The notes beneath the pieces are model-generated. The model made no database searches, was not told the origin of the DNA, and saw nothing but the letters and a program-made list of their open reading frames with translations. A program made the translations under genes and the position numbers. A stretch of 63,545 nucleotides of DNA, the filler included, from Octopus bimaculoides (Eukaryota), in NCBI RefSeq assembly GCF_001194135.2. It is 8 parts of 8 records of this genome, joined end to end, with 100 filler letters (N's around TTAATTAATTAA, not from the genome) between each part and the next. Parts side by side here need not be neighbours in the genome. Positions count along the whole stretch, not along the records: positions 22,534 to 42,014 come from NC_069004.1; 7 more parts are not named here. One strand, 5' to 3'. The first letter of the stretch is position 1, and each line of letters begins with the position of its first letter. Shown piece after piece: positions 25,732 through 36,711 of this stretch.

Positions 25732-28700
25732 ATGGAGAAACAAAAAACCATAACACCGGACATGGTGGAGAAATACCTGAACGACCATCCTACTTTCATT
25801 GAAGAGTGGTTGAGTAAGAGTAAAGCTAGAAGTACTTTGGATGATAAATACGTGAGGAAGACACCTAGATTTTCAAGTTATGTGGAAAAAGTGATGATGA
25901 AACAAAAAAGGGAAAAGCGACAGTTGATTAGCTCTCTGGTATCGGAAAACGAGCTTTTCAGTGAGCTAGTCAAAGACATTACCCATGAAATAAATGTGAA
26001 TGATCTGAGTCACAAAATTTTACAGAACATCATTAAATTGACTCACTGTGAACGTGGAAGTTTATTCTTCATTGAAACAATTGCACGGCAGAAGTTTTTA
26101 GTTTCGAATCTATTCGACGTCACTTCCACTTCGGCGGTGACGGAAACTTTGCGACAGAACGAAAATGTTATCAGAATTCCCGTTGGTAAAGGAATCGCTG
26201 GTTACGTGGCCGAAACGAAACAAAAAGTCAATATTGTAGATGCTTACGAAGATTCCCGTTTCAACAAAGAGATTGATGAAATGACTGGGTGTCGAACTAA
26301 GTGTTTGCTTTGCATGCCGATTCTTAATTACTGCGATGAAGTTATAGGTGTCGCCCAAATCATTAACAAATTAGATGGGGAATATTTCACAGAAAACGAC
26401 GAAAAAACATTCAATGACTACTTGTATTTTTGTGGGATTAGTTTAAACAATGCCCAGTTGTTCGCAAAATCAGTTGAAGAATACAAAAGAAACCAACAGT
26501 TACTCAATTTGGTAGGAGACATATGTGCTGAGTACTCAAACTTCATGAGTCTCATTGAAGTCATACTGAGTCGGGCCACAGAAATTCTTGACTGTAGTTA
26601 TGTTTGTCTCGGTCTTTTAACTCCTACCAAAAAAGACGATACGGCAGATAAAGAATTGAATCTTTACGAAATGAAAGACGATAAACTGCAGACTAACACC
26701 ACTAATCCAATCTATAGGAGAGTAGCCATGGATTTCTTACAAAATAAAGATCGTTTATTTATGTACAATGTCAAAAAAGATAGCATATTCGGGGAAGAGG
26801 ATTCATTAATTCTCAACACCAACTGCATCGGCGCAATTGCTTTGTTAGATACGTCTGAAGAGAAAAATGGCTGTATTTTTTTCACAAAAGATTCAACAGA
26901 GTTTTTCAACGAGTCTAATTTTACGACAATGGAAACATTCGGATTATTTTGTGGTTTAGGGATTCATAACTGCCAGATCTGCTGGTCGACAATTAGATGT
27001 TTGGCACAGCAGCAAATATCGCACGAAATTCTGTCGTTTCATACGACAGCCGACGAACGGGAAGTAAACAGATTTCTTTTGATGGACAAACGACCTGCCA
27101 GCGACTATGGCATATATACATTTTCGTTCAATGATCTTTATTATTCAGATGATACAACAGTTATAATCGTCGCCTTTATTTTTCTTGAAATGAATGCTTT
27201 GCAGTTATTGGATATCGAGATGCAATTGCTTTACAAGTGGATACTTACAGTGAGGAAGAACTATCGCCCAGTCATCTATCACAATTGGCGACACGGAGTC
27301 AACGTGACACAAAGTTTTTTCTGTATGTTGACCACTGGAGGTATGAAAAAATATTTTTCTGATTTTGAAATGGTTGTTATTCTTGTTGCTTGCCTTTGCC
27401 ATGACCTTGACCATCGAGGTACGAACAATGATTACGAAGTGAAAACGGCTTCTAAATTAGCTACGATCTACAGCTCGTCCACGTTAGAACACCACCATTT
27501 CGACCACTGTATAATGATATTAAATAACGAAAAAACAAACATATTCCAGAATATTCCGGTCAGTGATTACAAAAATGCAGTTCATCTTATAGAGAAAGCC
27601 ATTCTTTCAACAGATCTCTCCTATTATTTCCAAAACAAAACTAGGTTCGAAGAACTCGTTACTGTGAAGGAAAATTTCGAAGATCCGGAAAGACGGGATT
27701 TATTGCTCGCAATGATGATAACGGGTGCTGATTTGTCGGCAATTACAAAACCATGGAGTATTCAAAAGAAGGTTGCATTACTAGTGGCGGCTGAATTTTT
27801 TGAGTTAGGAGATTTACAGAAGAATGTGCTAAAATCTGAAGTTATAGCAATGCTCGATCGTGAAAAGAGGTGTGAGGTACCAAGATTACAGGTTTGTTTT
27901 ATTGATTTTGTATGCAAAACAGTGTTTGAATCGTTAGAAGCGATAAACAAAAACTTAAAGCCGCTCTTGCAAGGGTGTATGAATAATCGAAGACATTGGC
28001 AAAATATTGTTGACGGTAAAGAAGAATTTGACATCGATATCGAGCTGAACAAAACATTGGCTGGTTTCTTAGATTCAGATGATCCAGAATATGGAGAAGG
28101 TTCAGAGAATGCATCACAAATTACTTCCGGCATGAACTCACAAATTACCGAAGACGTAGAACCGACTACATCACTAACAGGAGGATTTATGAAGCAATAT
28201 GAACGATTTAATGATTCAAAAGAATCGTCTGAAATTCTCGGGAGTTTGGATTTTGATCAGTCTGAATATAATAGTTATTTATCGAGTCCGTCAACATCAG
28301 GAATGTTGTCAGTTGTGTCTGTAGATGAAAGCAAAGATATGAAATCTATGTCCGGTGATGAAAGAAGAGAATTAGAAGGAACTCGTATAGATGTTGAAGG
28401 AGAGGATGTATGTAGAATCATGGGAAATAAGATGAATAAGAAGCATATAACAGGGGGACAGGACATTAGCACAAAATTACATTACATACAACCCATTGAT
28501 CCAATTTTCATGCGTAAGAAAACAAGGAAGACTTGTTTGGACGAAATTGTAGAAGACAGGAAATTGGAAATGGAGAAGAAAAAAATCAACTTAGAACCAA
28601 TTCGAGAAAAAGAAGTGTCCCAAAAGATCAGAAGGGCTTCATATCATGTGATTCCTCCACATACTGAATTAAATAAGAGCATCAGTCTTGTGAAATGTCA

Positions 28701-28868
28701 ATCAGACACATTATGTCGGGAATCCGTCCCTGAAGATTCTTTCGTCTGCGAAGTAAAGTCAGCTGAACAAATGGAAATTTTCAGGGAAAGAAAGAGAAGA
28801 TGCCTGCAAAAGTCTAAGACTGATTCAGAAAACGAGCAAATCGAGAAAAGTGTGGTGTGCGTTATTGC

Positions 28869-28872
<4 letters not shown>
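25732..28872 (+). CDS. PDE-A: intronless GAF-GAF-PDEase cyclic-nucleotide phosphodiesterase (PDE5/PDE6/PDE11 family, probably cGMP-preferring), 1046 aa, C-terminal CaaX (CVIA)
   Basis: Uninterrupted 3141-nt ORF. N-terminal helix VEKYLNDHP; GAF-A (GKGIAGYVAET...DAYEDSRFNKEIDEMTG...CMPI...INKLDGEYFTENDE, intact NKFDE motif); degenerate GAF-B; catalytic motifs YHNWRH, HDLDHRGTNN, LEHHHF, ILSTDL, GADLS, KPWSIQ, PRLQVCFID; about 290-aa tail ending VCVIA*. Confidence 0.96.
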
Positions 28873-28922
<50 letters not shown>

Positions 28923-28945
28923 GCAACAACAACAATAATAATAAT
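28870..28945 (+). repeat. (TAA)n microsatellite starting at the PDE-A stop codon
   Basis: gca TAA TAA TAA... Confidence 0.9.
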
Positions 28946-30533
28946 GTTGATGGTGTTGGTTTCTGTTGACTCTTGCTTTTGTCAGACGGTGGTGGAGAAC
29001 AAACACAGACACAAAGACGCGCGCGCGTTCACACATATACACTCACATACATATATATTATAAAGATCATATAACCCCTTGTGGTATGCTGGAATACCAG
29101 AGAGGGAGCTTAATACCACTCTCTGTCGCTCTTAATCTTACCTTCTACTTTATAAATATAAGTTTCAGATACAAAAGCCTTGTCGTTTGCTTGAAATGGA
29201 AAATGGGATATTCTAGCGTTTATTCTTTCTTACTCCGTGGAATTTACTAATGAAAATGGAGTCTGTTAGTAGGTGGTTGGGGATGAAATATTTACTGGGC
29301 ATAAGAGAAAGGTTAGTCTTTGGAATGTAACCTTAAAGATTGCGCTAAAATCAGATCCTGACAATTTTAAGTAACCGGGATCGAAACGTGAATCTAACCT
29401 CTATTTGTAAAACGCTTTCTTTTCGATCTTCAGAGCATATCACCCTATATTTTAGAAGTGGCTGATGAGAACTTTGGCATTTATTGGTTTTTCTCAAAAG
29501 CAACAACAGACCTTATGAAATGAAGTGAAACAATTTCAAACGAAAATCGAGTCCGGTTTTAGACTCAATTTGATTGGAGTTGATATTTCTATAAATTGTT
29601 CGCGACTGTCTTCCTTATAAAATTATGCTGTTTCAAACAAGGCTCAAAGAAATGTTTTCACAATGGGATGAGGAGGAGGCGAGGAGGAGGTGGCGGAGGA
29701 GGAGGAGGAAGAAGGAGGGAGGAACATGGTGAAAATCCTTGCCATTAATTTGGTGTGGATGGGTAATATCAGATAATTCAATTACAACATATTTAAATTA
29801 AACAAGAAAAAAATTGAAATATTATCATCACTTACATAGAAAAATTGAAATTTTATCTTTCAGTATTTTATAAGGTAAAATCTTAAATTATTGACACATT
29901 ATTAATTATGCCTGGAAAAGTCATGGATTACATGGAAAAATGCGAGCATGAAAAGNNNNNNNNNNNNNNNNNNNNNNNNNNNNNNNNNNNNNNNNNNNNN
30001 NNNNNNNNNNNNNNNNNNNNNNNNNNNNNNNNNNNNNNNNNNNNNNNNNNNNNNNNNNNNNNNNNNNNNNNNNNNNNNNNNNNNNNNNNNNNNNNNNNNN
30101 NNNNNNNNNNNNNNNNNNNNNNNNNNNNNNNNNNNNNNNNNNNNNNNNNNNNNNNNNNNNNNNNNNNNNNNNNNNNNNNNNNNNNNNNNNNNNNNNNNNN
30201 NNNNNNNNNNNNNNNNNNNNNNNNNNNNNNNNNNNNNNNNNNNNNNNNNNNNNNNNNNNNNNNNNNNNNNNNNNNNNNNNNNNNNNNNNNNNNNNNNNNN
30301 NNNNNNNNNNNNNNNNNNNNNNNNNNNNNNNNNNNNNNNNNNNNNNNNNNNNNNNNNNNNNNNNNNNNNNNNNNNNNNNNNNNNNNNNNNNNNNNNNNNN
30401 NNNNNNNNNNNNNNNNNNNNNNNNNNNNNNNNNNNNNNNNNNNNNNNNNNNNNNNNNNNNNNNNNNNNNNNNNNNNNNNNNNNNNNNNNNNNNNNNNNNN
30501 NNNNNNNNNNNNNNNNNNNNNNNNNNNNNNNNN

Positions 30534-30697
30534 CTCGAGATTGCGCGATGCTCGAGATAGCGCGATGCTCGAGAATGCGCGATGCTCGAGAATGCGCGAT
30601 GCTCGAGAATGCGCGATGCTCGAGATAGCGCGATGCTCGAGAATGCGCGATGCTCGAGAATGCGCGATGCTCGAGAATGCGCGATGCTCGAGATTGC
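30534..30697. repeat. CpG-rich 17-bp minisatellite CGCGATGCTCGAGA(ATG/TAG/TTG), about 10 visible units, probably continuing into the gap
   Basis: Directly visible; each unit has three CpGs and an XhoI site. Confidence 0.92.
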
Positions 30698-30699
30698 AC

Positions 30700-31240
30700 G
30701 TATTTGTGCTCCCCGACCAGACTACCAACGACAAGCGCCTACTTTTTCCCTAACACCTTGGCCAAACTCTTAAACTCTGTGTTTAACAGAATTATTGGCC
30801 GAAAATTCCCTAGCAGGTCCCCCATTGTCGGCGTCCTTTCTCAGCAATGTTACTACACCCCGGCTAACAACACTAGGAATTCTCCTGTTCTGTTACCAGT
30901 TACGGTAGACATCTGCCAAGAAGCTGCCAAAAAAATCTGGCATGAAACCATAGAATTTGTAGGTCAGACCATCCAAACCGAGCGATTTGCGACTTGTGCA
31001 ATCACTTATCGCCTCATGTATTCCAGTGGCTATAATCGGCTTTTCGCAGAATCTCGCGTCCATCACCGAGAGCCGTGGTAGGCCGTCTAGGTACGAAGTA
31101 ATGTTTGCTAGCGTCAATCCATCTCCCTTCCCAAACAACCGCGCAAAGAGCAGCTGGAAAGTTGCACACATCTGCTCGGAACCGAGCAGCATGCGTCCGT
31201 CCTGACATATCAAAGACTTGATCGTGGTTTTGTTTCCACG
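30700..31240 (-). mobile_element. Decayed L1/Tx1-clade LINE reverse-transcriptase fragment
   Basis: KSLGLDGLTYKFY...NW*QNRRIPSVVSRGVVTLLRKD...GNFRPIILLNTEFKSLAKVL (RT domains 0-2), with stops. Confidence 0.75.
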
Positions 31241-31494
31241 TCAAGTCTCAACCGTTCGGGCCCATCGGACGGCTTTAGTTCCTTCGTGTTTTAGTGCACG
31301 AGCCTAAGGTAAAGCCTGAAATATAAAGAGGTCCGCAAGTCAAAAAGTTTGAAAACCCCTGCGTTAGAGCACAAAAAACAAACTGTAGTCCAGTTCGGAA
31401 AAAAAGAGTAAAGAACACATTTTGTTGTCCAGTTCATGAAAAACGAAAGCTTACAATGCACTCAAGAAACTTTTCAAACAAATTACAATTTTCT

Positions 31495-31737
31495 TATTTC
31501 CTGCGACAAATAAACTCGCAGAGATATAAGTCAACCATAAAACGGTGAATGCCACAGCGTCGTTTATCACTTCGCATCACAGAGGCCCGTATACTCATTC
31601 GAGTTAATAAACACAACGCTGTAGTTCACCATTCTATGTCCAAAATTATAACCAGCAATTTCAGGAATGTGAGAGTACATCCACAACAAATCGCTGAAAA
31701 TCGTGGTTCCTGGTAGAATCGACTCCCGTATGCATTC

Positions 31738-31740
<3 letters not shown>
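31495..31740 (-). mobile_element. Merlin/IS1595 (ISXO2-like) DDE transposase fragment
   Basis: ECIRESILPGTTIFSD...GHRMVNYS...F and downstream VDLYLCEFICRR match the PGTxIxSD / VNHS / YLxEFxWR pattern; broken by stops. Confidence 0.7.
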
Positions 31741-31791
<51 letters not shown>

Positions 31792-31861
31792 TATTGTTCT
31801 TGTTTATATGTTTCCACTGCTGTGTATATGTTGTTATTGCTGATGCCTCTGTTGTTGTCGC

Positions 31862-32535
31862 CTTTTGTTATTGTCTTCGTCCTTTTCTACTCTAGGCACA
31901 AGGCCCGAAATTTTGGGGGAGTGGGGGCCAGTTGATTAGATCGAACCCAGAACGCAACTGGTACTTAATTTATCGACCCCGAAAGGATGAAAGGCAAAGT
32001 CGACCCTCGGCGAAATTTGAACCCAGAACGTAAAGACAGACGAAATACCGCTAAGCATTTCGCCCGGCGTGCTAACGTTTCTTATTTCTTTATTGCCCAC
32101 AAGGGGCTAAACATAGAGGGGACAAACAAGGGCAGACAAAGGGATTAAGTCGATTACATCGACCCCAGTGCCTAACTGGTACTTAATTTATCGACCCCGA
32201 AAGGATGAAAGGCAAAGTCGACCCTCGGCGAAATTTGAACCCAGAANNNNNNNNNNNNNNNNNNNNNNNNNNNNNNNNNNNNNNNNNNNNNNNNNNNNNN
32301 NNNNNNNNNNNNNNNNNNNNNNNNNNNNNNNNNNNNNNNNNNNNNNNNNNNNNNNNNNNNNNNNNNNNNNNNNNNNNNNNNNNNNNNNACCCAGAACGCA
32401 ACTGGTACTTAATTTATCGACCCCGAAAGGATGAAAGGCAAAGTCGACCCTCGGCGAAATTTGAACCCAGAACGTAAGGATAGACGAAATACCGCCAAGC
32501 ATTTCGCCCGGCGTGCTAACGTTTCTGCCAGCTCT
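31862..32535 (-). mobile_element. Cluster of young family-B SINE copies spanning a gap
   Basis: Near-identical copies at about 31862-32080, 32085-32246 and 32390-32535. Confidence 0.8.
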
Positions 32536-32752
32536 CCGCCTTTTGTCAAGGTCATTGATGTAGCTTTTGTTGTTAATATTTTCATGTCTTCTTTCGTTGT
32601 AGTAGTGGTGGTGGCCGTTGTGGAGTTGTTCTTGTTGTAGTTGTTGCTGAGGTGACAGTTCCTCCACGTGCTTGTTTTTTTTCTTTCTTTGTTGTTTTTC
32701 TTTTTTTTTTTTTTTTGGCGATGTTGATACCGAAACTTTTCCAAATATTGCT

Positions 32753-32802
32753 AATGCTCGCCTGCTTCGCTGACGGACCGGATTCGATTCCCGGCCGATG
32801 CA
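32753..32802 (+). pseudogene. 3' half of a tRNA-Gly(GCC)-like pseudogene
   Basis: aatgctcgcctgcttcgctgacggaccggattcgattcccggccgatgca aligns with metazoan tRNA-Gly-GCC (ctcgcctgccacgcgggaggcccgggttcgattcccggccaatgca); anticodon arm mutated, 5' half missing. Confidence 0.6.
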
Positions 32803-32813
32803 ATTAATTTTCA

Positions 32814-33027
32814 AGACGGTAAGCTGGCAGAATTGGTAGCACACCGGGCAAAATCCTTATCGATATTTCGTCTGTCTTTACATTCTGAGTTCAAAATCCG
32901 TCGAGATCGACTTTGCCTTTTATCCTTCCGGGGTCGATGAAATAAGTACCAGTTACGCACTGGGGTCGATGTAATCGACTAGTCCCCTCCCCCAAAAATT
33001 TCAGGCCTTGTGCCTATAGTAGAAAGG

Positions 33028-33098
<71 letters not shown>
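32814..33098 (+). mobile_element. SINE family B, full length with long (ATT)n tail
   Basis: Complete head-to-tail match to the other family-B copies. Confidence 0.85.
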
Positions 33099-33344
33099 CC
33101 ACTTCTTTCAATTTCGTTTCCATTTCTTACCGAGTGTCTTCCCGACACACAGGGCAAAAAAAACTCACTGTATACAGTGTATGCATTGGTAGGCCATTTA
33201 AGAAAACACACTAGAGTGCTCGTTTACAAAGTCATGTGATAGAAAAAAAAGAGAAGAAAGACAGAGAGAAAAGGATAGAAGAAAAAAGATAAAAAGAAAA
33301 TAAGGTAAGTAATGGAGAAAAGGAAAGAAAATTCAAAGCGACAA

Positions 33345-33760
33345 TGCTCTTCTCAATAGGTGTGACGTGCCAGTTAAGACAATCTTTTGCACTTCCTGCA
33401 TGGGTGGTAAGTCAGGAATCATCCTTAAATAATTTTAAGTTCTCTTTTTCTTTTTATCATTCCAAGTGCTCCTAAAATCATTGGTATTGTAACCGTCTTG
33501 AGATGTCACATCTTTTCGATTTCAATTAGTAGATCTTTATATTTTCTGAGCTTATCAAATTCTTTTAACGAGATATTATGGTCACAAGGTATGCGCACGT
33601 CAATCAATAAGCAAACTTTGTTGTTTTGATCCTTCACAACAATATATGCTTCATTAGCTTTGATGGTCTGATTTGTATGTACTGGGAAGTCCCAAAGAAT
33701 CTTTACATTTTCTCCCTCAGTTACAGCCTCATGGAGGTGCTTGTACCATTTGTCAGCAGT
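33345..33760 (-). mobile_element. Restriction-like endonuclease domain of an R4/Dong/NeSL-type non-LTR retrotransposon, decayed
   Basis: KWYKHLHEAVTEGENVKILWDFPVHTNQTIKAN...IDVRIPCDHNISLKEFDKLRKYKDLLIEIEKM...ILGALGMI...QKIVLTGTSHLLRRAL. Confidence 0.75.
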
Positions 33761-33764
33761 TTTG

Positions 33765-34030
33765 ATTGTATGGTGGTGGTTGGCACTCCGTCGCTTACAA
33801 CGTCGAGGGTTCCAGTTGATCCGATCAACGGAACAGCCTGCTCGTGAAATTAACGTGTAAGTGGCTGAGCACTCCACAGACATTTTCAGATATATATTTT
33901 CAATTAATCTTTTTCCACAAAATGGCCAACACAGGAGTGATTGTAGGAGAAAATGCTTTAGCTTCCTCGTGCTCAAACGACCCCAGTCATGGTAGTCAAC
34001 CGCGTGCGGACCGTCGCCACTCCCATTGAC
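33765..34030 (-). mobile_element. 3' end of another LINE/SINE
   Basis: Minus strand gtggagtgctcagccacttacacgttaatttcacgagcaggctgttccgttgatcggatcaactggaaccctcg...gacggagtgcca followed by short repeats; recalled as a common octopod retroposon tail, not verified. Confidence 0.5.
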
Positions 34031-34079
34031 ATCAGCAAAAAAATCTACGAACAATAAAACCACCACAAACACAATCACC

Positions 34080-36200
34080 AACTAGAACAACAACAATGTC
34101 AACGTCCAAAACAAGACCACTAACACCTGCAGCTCCAACAACTACACTAACAAAACCAACAACAATAATGGTAACGAAATCAGACACAAAAACAACTAAA
34201 ATAATATAACAATCAGCAGCAGTAACGACATCTACATGTAACGCTGACTACTACAATAGTATCAACGAGGAAGACAACAATAATGCTTTTTTATGAAGAC
34301 AGTAACGAGAAAACACAGTCAAAGGAAAGGGCTTCCTTCGTAAATATTACAAATAAATAGATCACACATTCACTGTAAGGGAAAGCGGAAGCCATTAAAA
34401 ATTATCAGAAAAATACTCTCCGACCCGTCATCATGGCACTCCTAGGAGAGGAAAAAATTTGCACCGAAAAAAAAGGGATCAATGATACATAGGTGCATTA
34501 ATCGCACAGAAAGAAAGTTACAATACCCTCCTCCAGCTGAAATAGAAAAATATCTAGAAGTGTGGCCTTCCTAGTTTATATCTAAATATGGAAGGCAATA
34601 TAGGACTGTGGTAGTTATCTGCAGTAACGAAGAGGAAGCGCCGAGAATAGCTACAATGTCATGTTGCTCCGACCAGTTGATAATGCTCCCCTTGTACATG
34701 GGACGCCGGGTAACTAAGGTATCAAGGCCAGGGTTTCAAACGTAACTCCTCATAGGGACCAGGTTAGAGTAATGGCTATGCTAGTGGAGCACAGGGAGAT
34801 AATAATCATGAAAATAAGGCCACAATAAAACAGAACAGGAGTGTCTTCTATCCCACTGTGGGGAGGTCGAGAGAGGTGCCTCACCCTGCACCCCCATTCC
34901 CAACGACAGATCCGTTGCAATCGCAAAGAGGACAGCAGCGGGATCTTTTCTGTTTGGTTGCCACTTTTCAATTTCTTCAATTTTTGTTCCAATTGGTTTC
35001 ATATTTGGTGAATTGGAGTAGTTTTGTAAGCCCATTATTGACGTGAAATTCATTTTTGCCATAAATCAATAAACAAAGAGTTACTAGCTTTTAAGGTTTT
35101 CAAATTTTGGGTAATTTTAGCCAATCGAAAGCCACAAACATAAAGGTGTCTCCTATCTCCATAGTAACAAACGAAACAGTTTGGTTTAACGGCTTGGTTA
35201 AATCAGGCACTTTTTTTTTTTTTGCATAATCGTATAAATTCCCGTGTGTACATACAAATTCGCAAAAATGTTCTCAACAGATAAAAGAGTTATATGGCAT
35301 GTGTAAAGCAGAATTCCGCCAATGACAGATTCCAAACCCTCTTTTCTGACTGGGTAAAAATTATCAAATTATAAATCTCTATAACTTTCTTTTAAAATTT
35401 TTCTGGAAAAAGTGAATTAACCCCTGAGATTCATTGTGGGAAATTACATTAATACACCAAATTTTACAATTTTCACTAAACTAAAATTTCCACAGGTGTA
35501 ACCAAACAGAAAGGATCCAATCCAAGCAACGGTAACTACAACGACAAACACAGGAGCAGATAGAAAAAAGGCTAACGGAAATCCTTCTGACAGAAGGGGC
35601 CTCGGACGAAACAAAAATACCCGAGTAGGAGTCGTCGAGCGACCCCCAAAAAGGAAGAGGAGGAGACGGTGAAAATACTCCCCAATTCCCAAAAGTTTGT
35701 GGGCACAAAGCTGAATAACCCCCAAAAGCGCTGCGCCCAGTCTCGAAACCAAAGCTGCAAACCAACAATTTCGGCAACAACAGCAACAACAAGAGACAAA
35801 CCAACTACAACAGCACGAAGAAGTGAAACAGCATTCTCAGCAACAGCGAGGGGGACACGACAGGATCAGCAACAGGTGTAGCCTAAACAAACAAACAAAC
35901 AAACAAAAACAACCAAACCGACAACAATCGCATCAATCACAAGAGACGGAACTAGTAGAACATCTCTCGAACGAGCCTGTCAACTACACAGTTTTACGGA
36001 AGGAGAAAGAGGAGTTGATGGAGTTTGTAGACTCAAATAAAGACAAAATTTTAACCACCGCCATGTATCGTATTTTGAGGAGACGTTTCCCACATGATGC
36101 GGGAGTTTTCAAAAACTTATTGGACAAAAGGGTATTAAAAGGTCTGTCTAAGGACCCAGAAAAAGACCAACCCAAGACTAGGGTATTCGACTGACTCTTT
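34080..36200 (+). mobile_element. Probable degraded LINE ORF1-like and other transposon remnants
   Basis: Broken, charged, low-complexity reading frames with AAC-rich tracts; family not resolved. Confidence 0.25.
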
Positions 36201-36711
36201 TGTTTCTTTCTCTCGTCATTAGAATGGCAACGGTTCCTGAGTTGGCATTTCACTTGAATTGCCACCTTCCTTCAGTACAAAGAAGTGGACAAAACCATTT
36301 CTAAAAAGAACTTTAGCGGCTTCTTCTTTCACGGCTTAAGTACTTCTAATTAGGTATTTAATGCCACTACAATTTAATACTTAACGATTATTTTTCATGC
36401 AGATATAGTCTCCTTTTAATTAACCTAAATGATTTAAACAAAAAAATATGATGTCATACATTAGAGATTGACGTCATGTTTCCAAAAATCGCCGTTCTTT
36501 TGATGCAAATGCAGATAAAGCATTCTAAAGAATGCAGTTTTGTGTAGATTAAACGGCTAGGTACAAAGATATGAACATCATTGCCATACAAATCATTCTG
36601 GTAAGACAAATNNNNNNNNNNNNNNNNNNNNNNNNNNNNNNNNNNNNNNNNNNNNNNNNNNNNNNNNNNNNNNNNNNNNNNNNNNNNNNNNNNNNNNNNN
36701 NNNNNNNNNNN

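Noticed and set aside
25732-28872. Assigning a specific gene symbol (PDE5A, PDE6 or PDE11A) to the PDEs
   Set aside because: Family membership is clear, but orthology needs a phylogeny; features are mixed (PDE5/11-like GAF-A, PDE5/6-like Gln, PDE6-like CaaX).
34781-35062. 93-aa minus-strand ORF (MAKMNFTS...)
   Set aside because: Lies among transposon-like remnants and has no identifiable family motif.
36549-36611. Apparent PDE-B C-terminus ICLTRMICMAMMFISLYLAV
   Set aside because: Produced by reading through a 100-N gap of unknown size; no similarity to the paralog termini.
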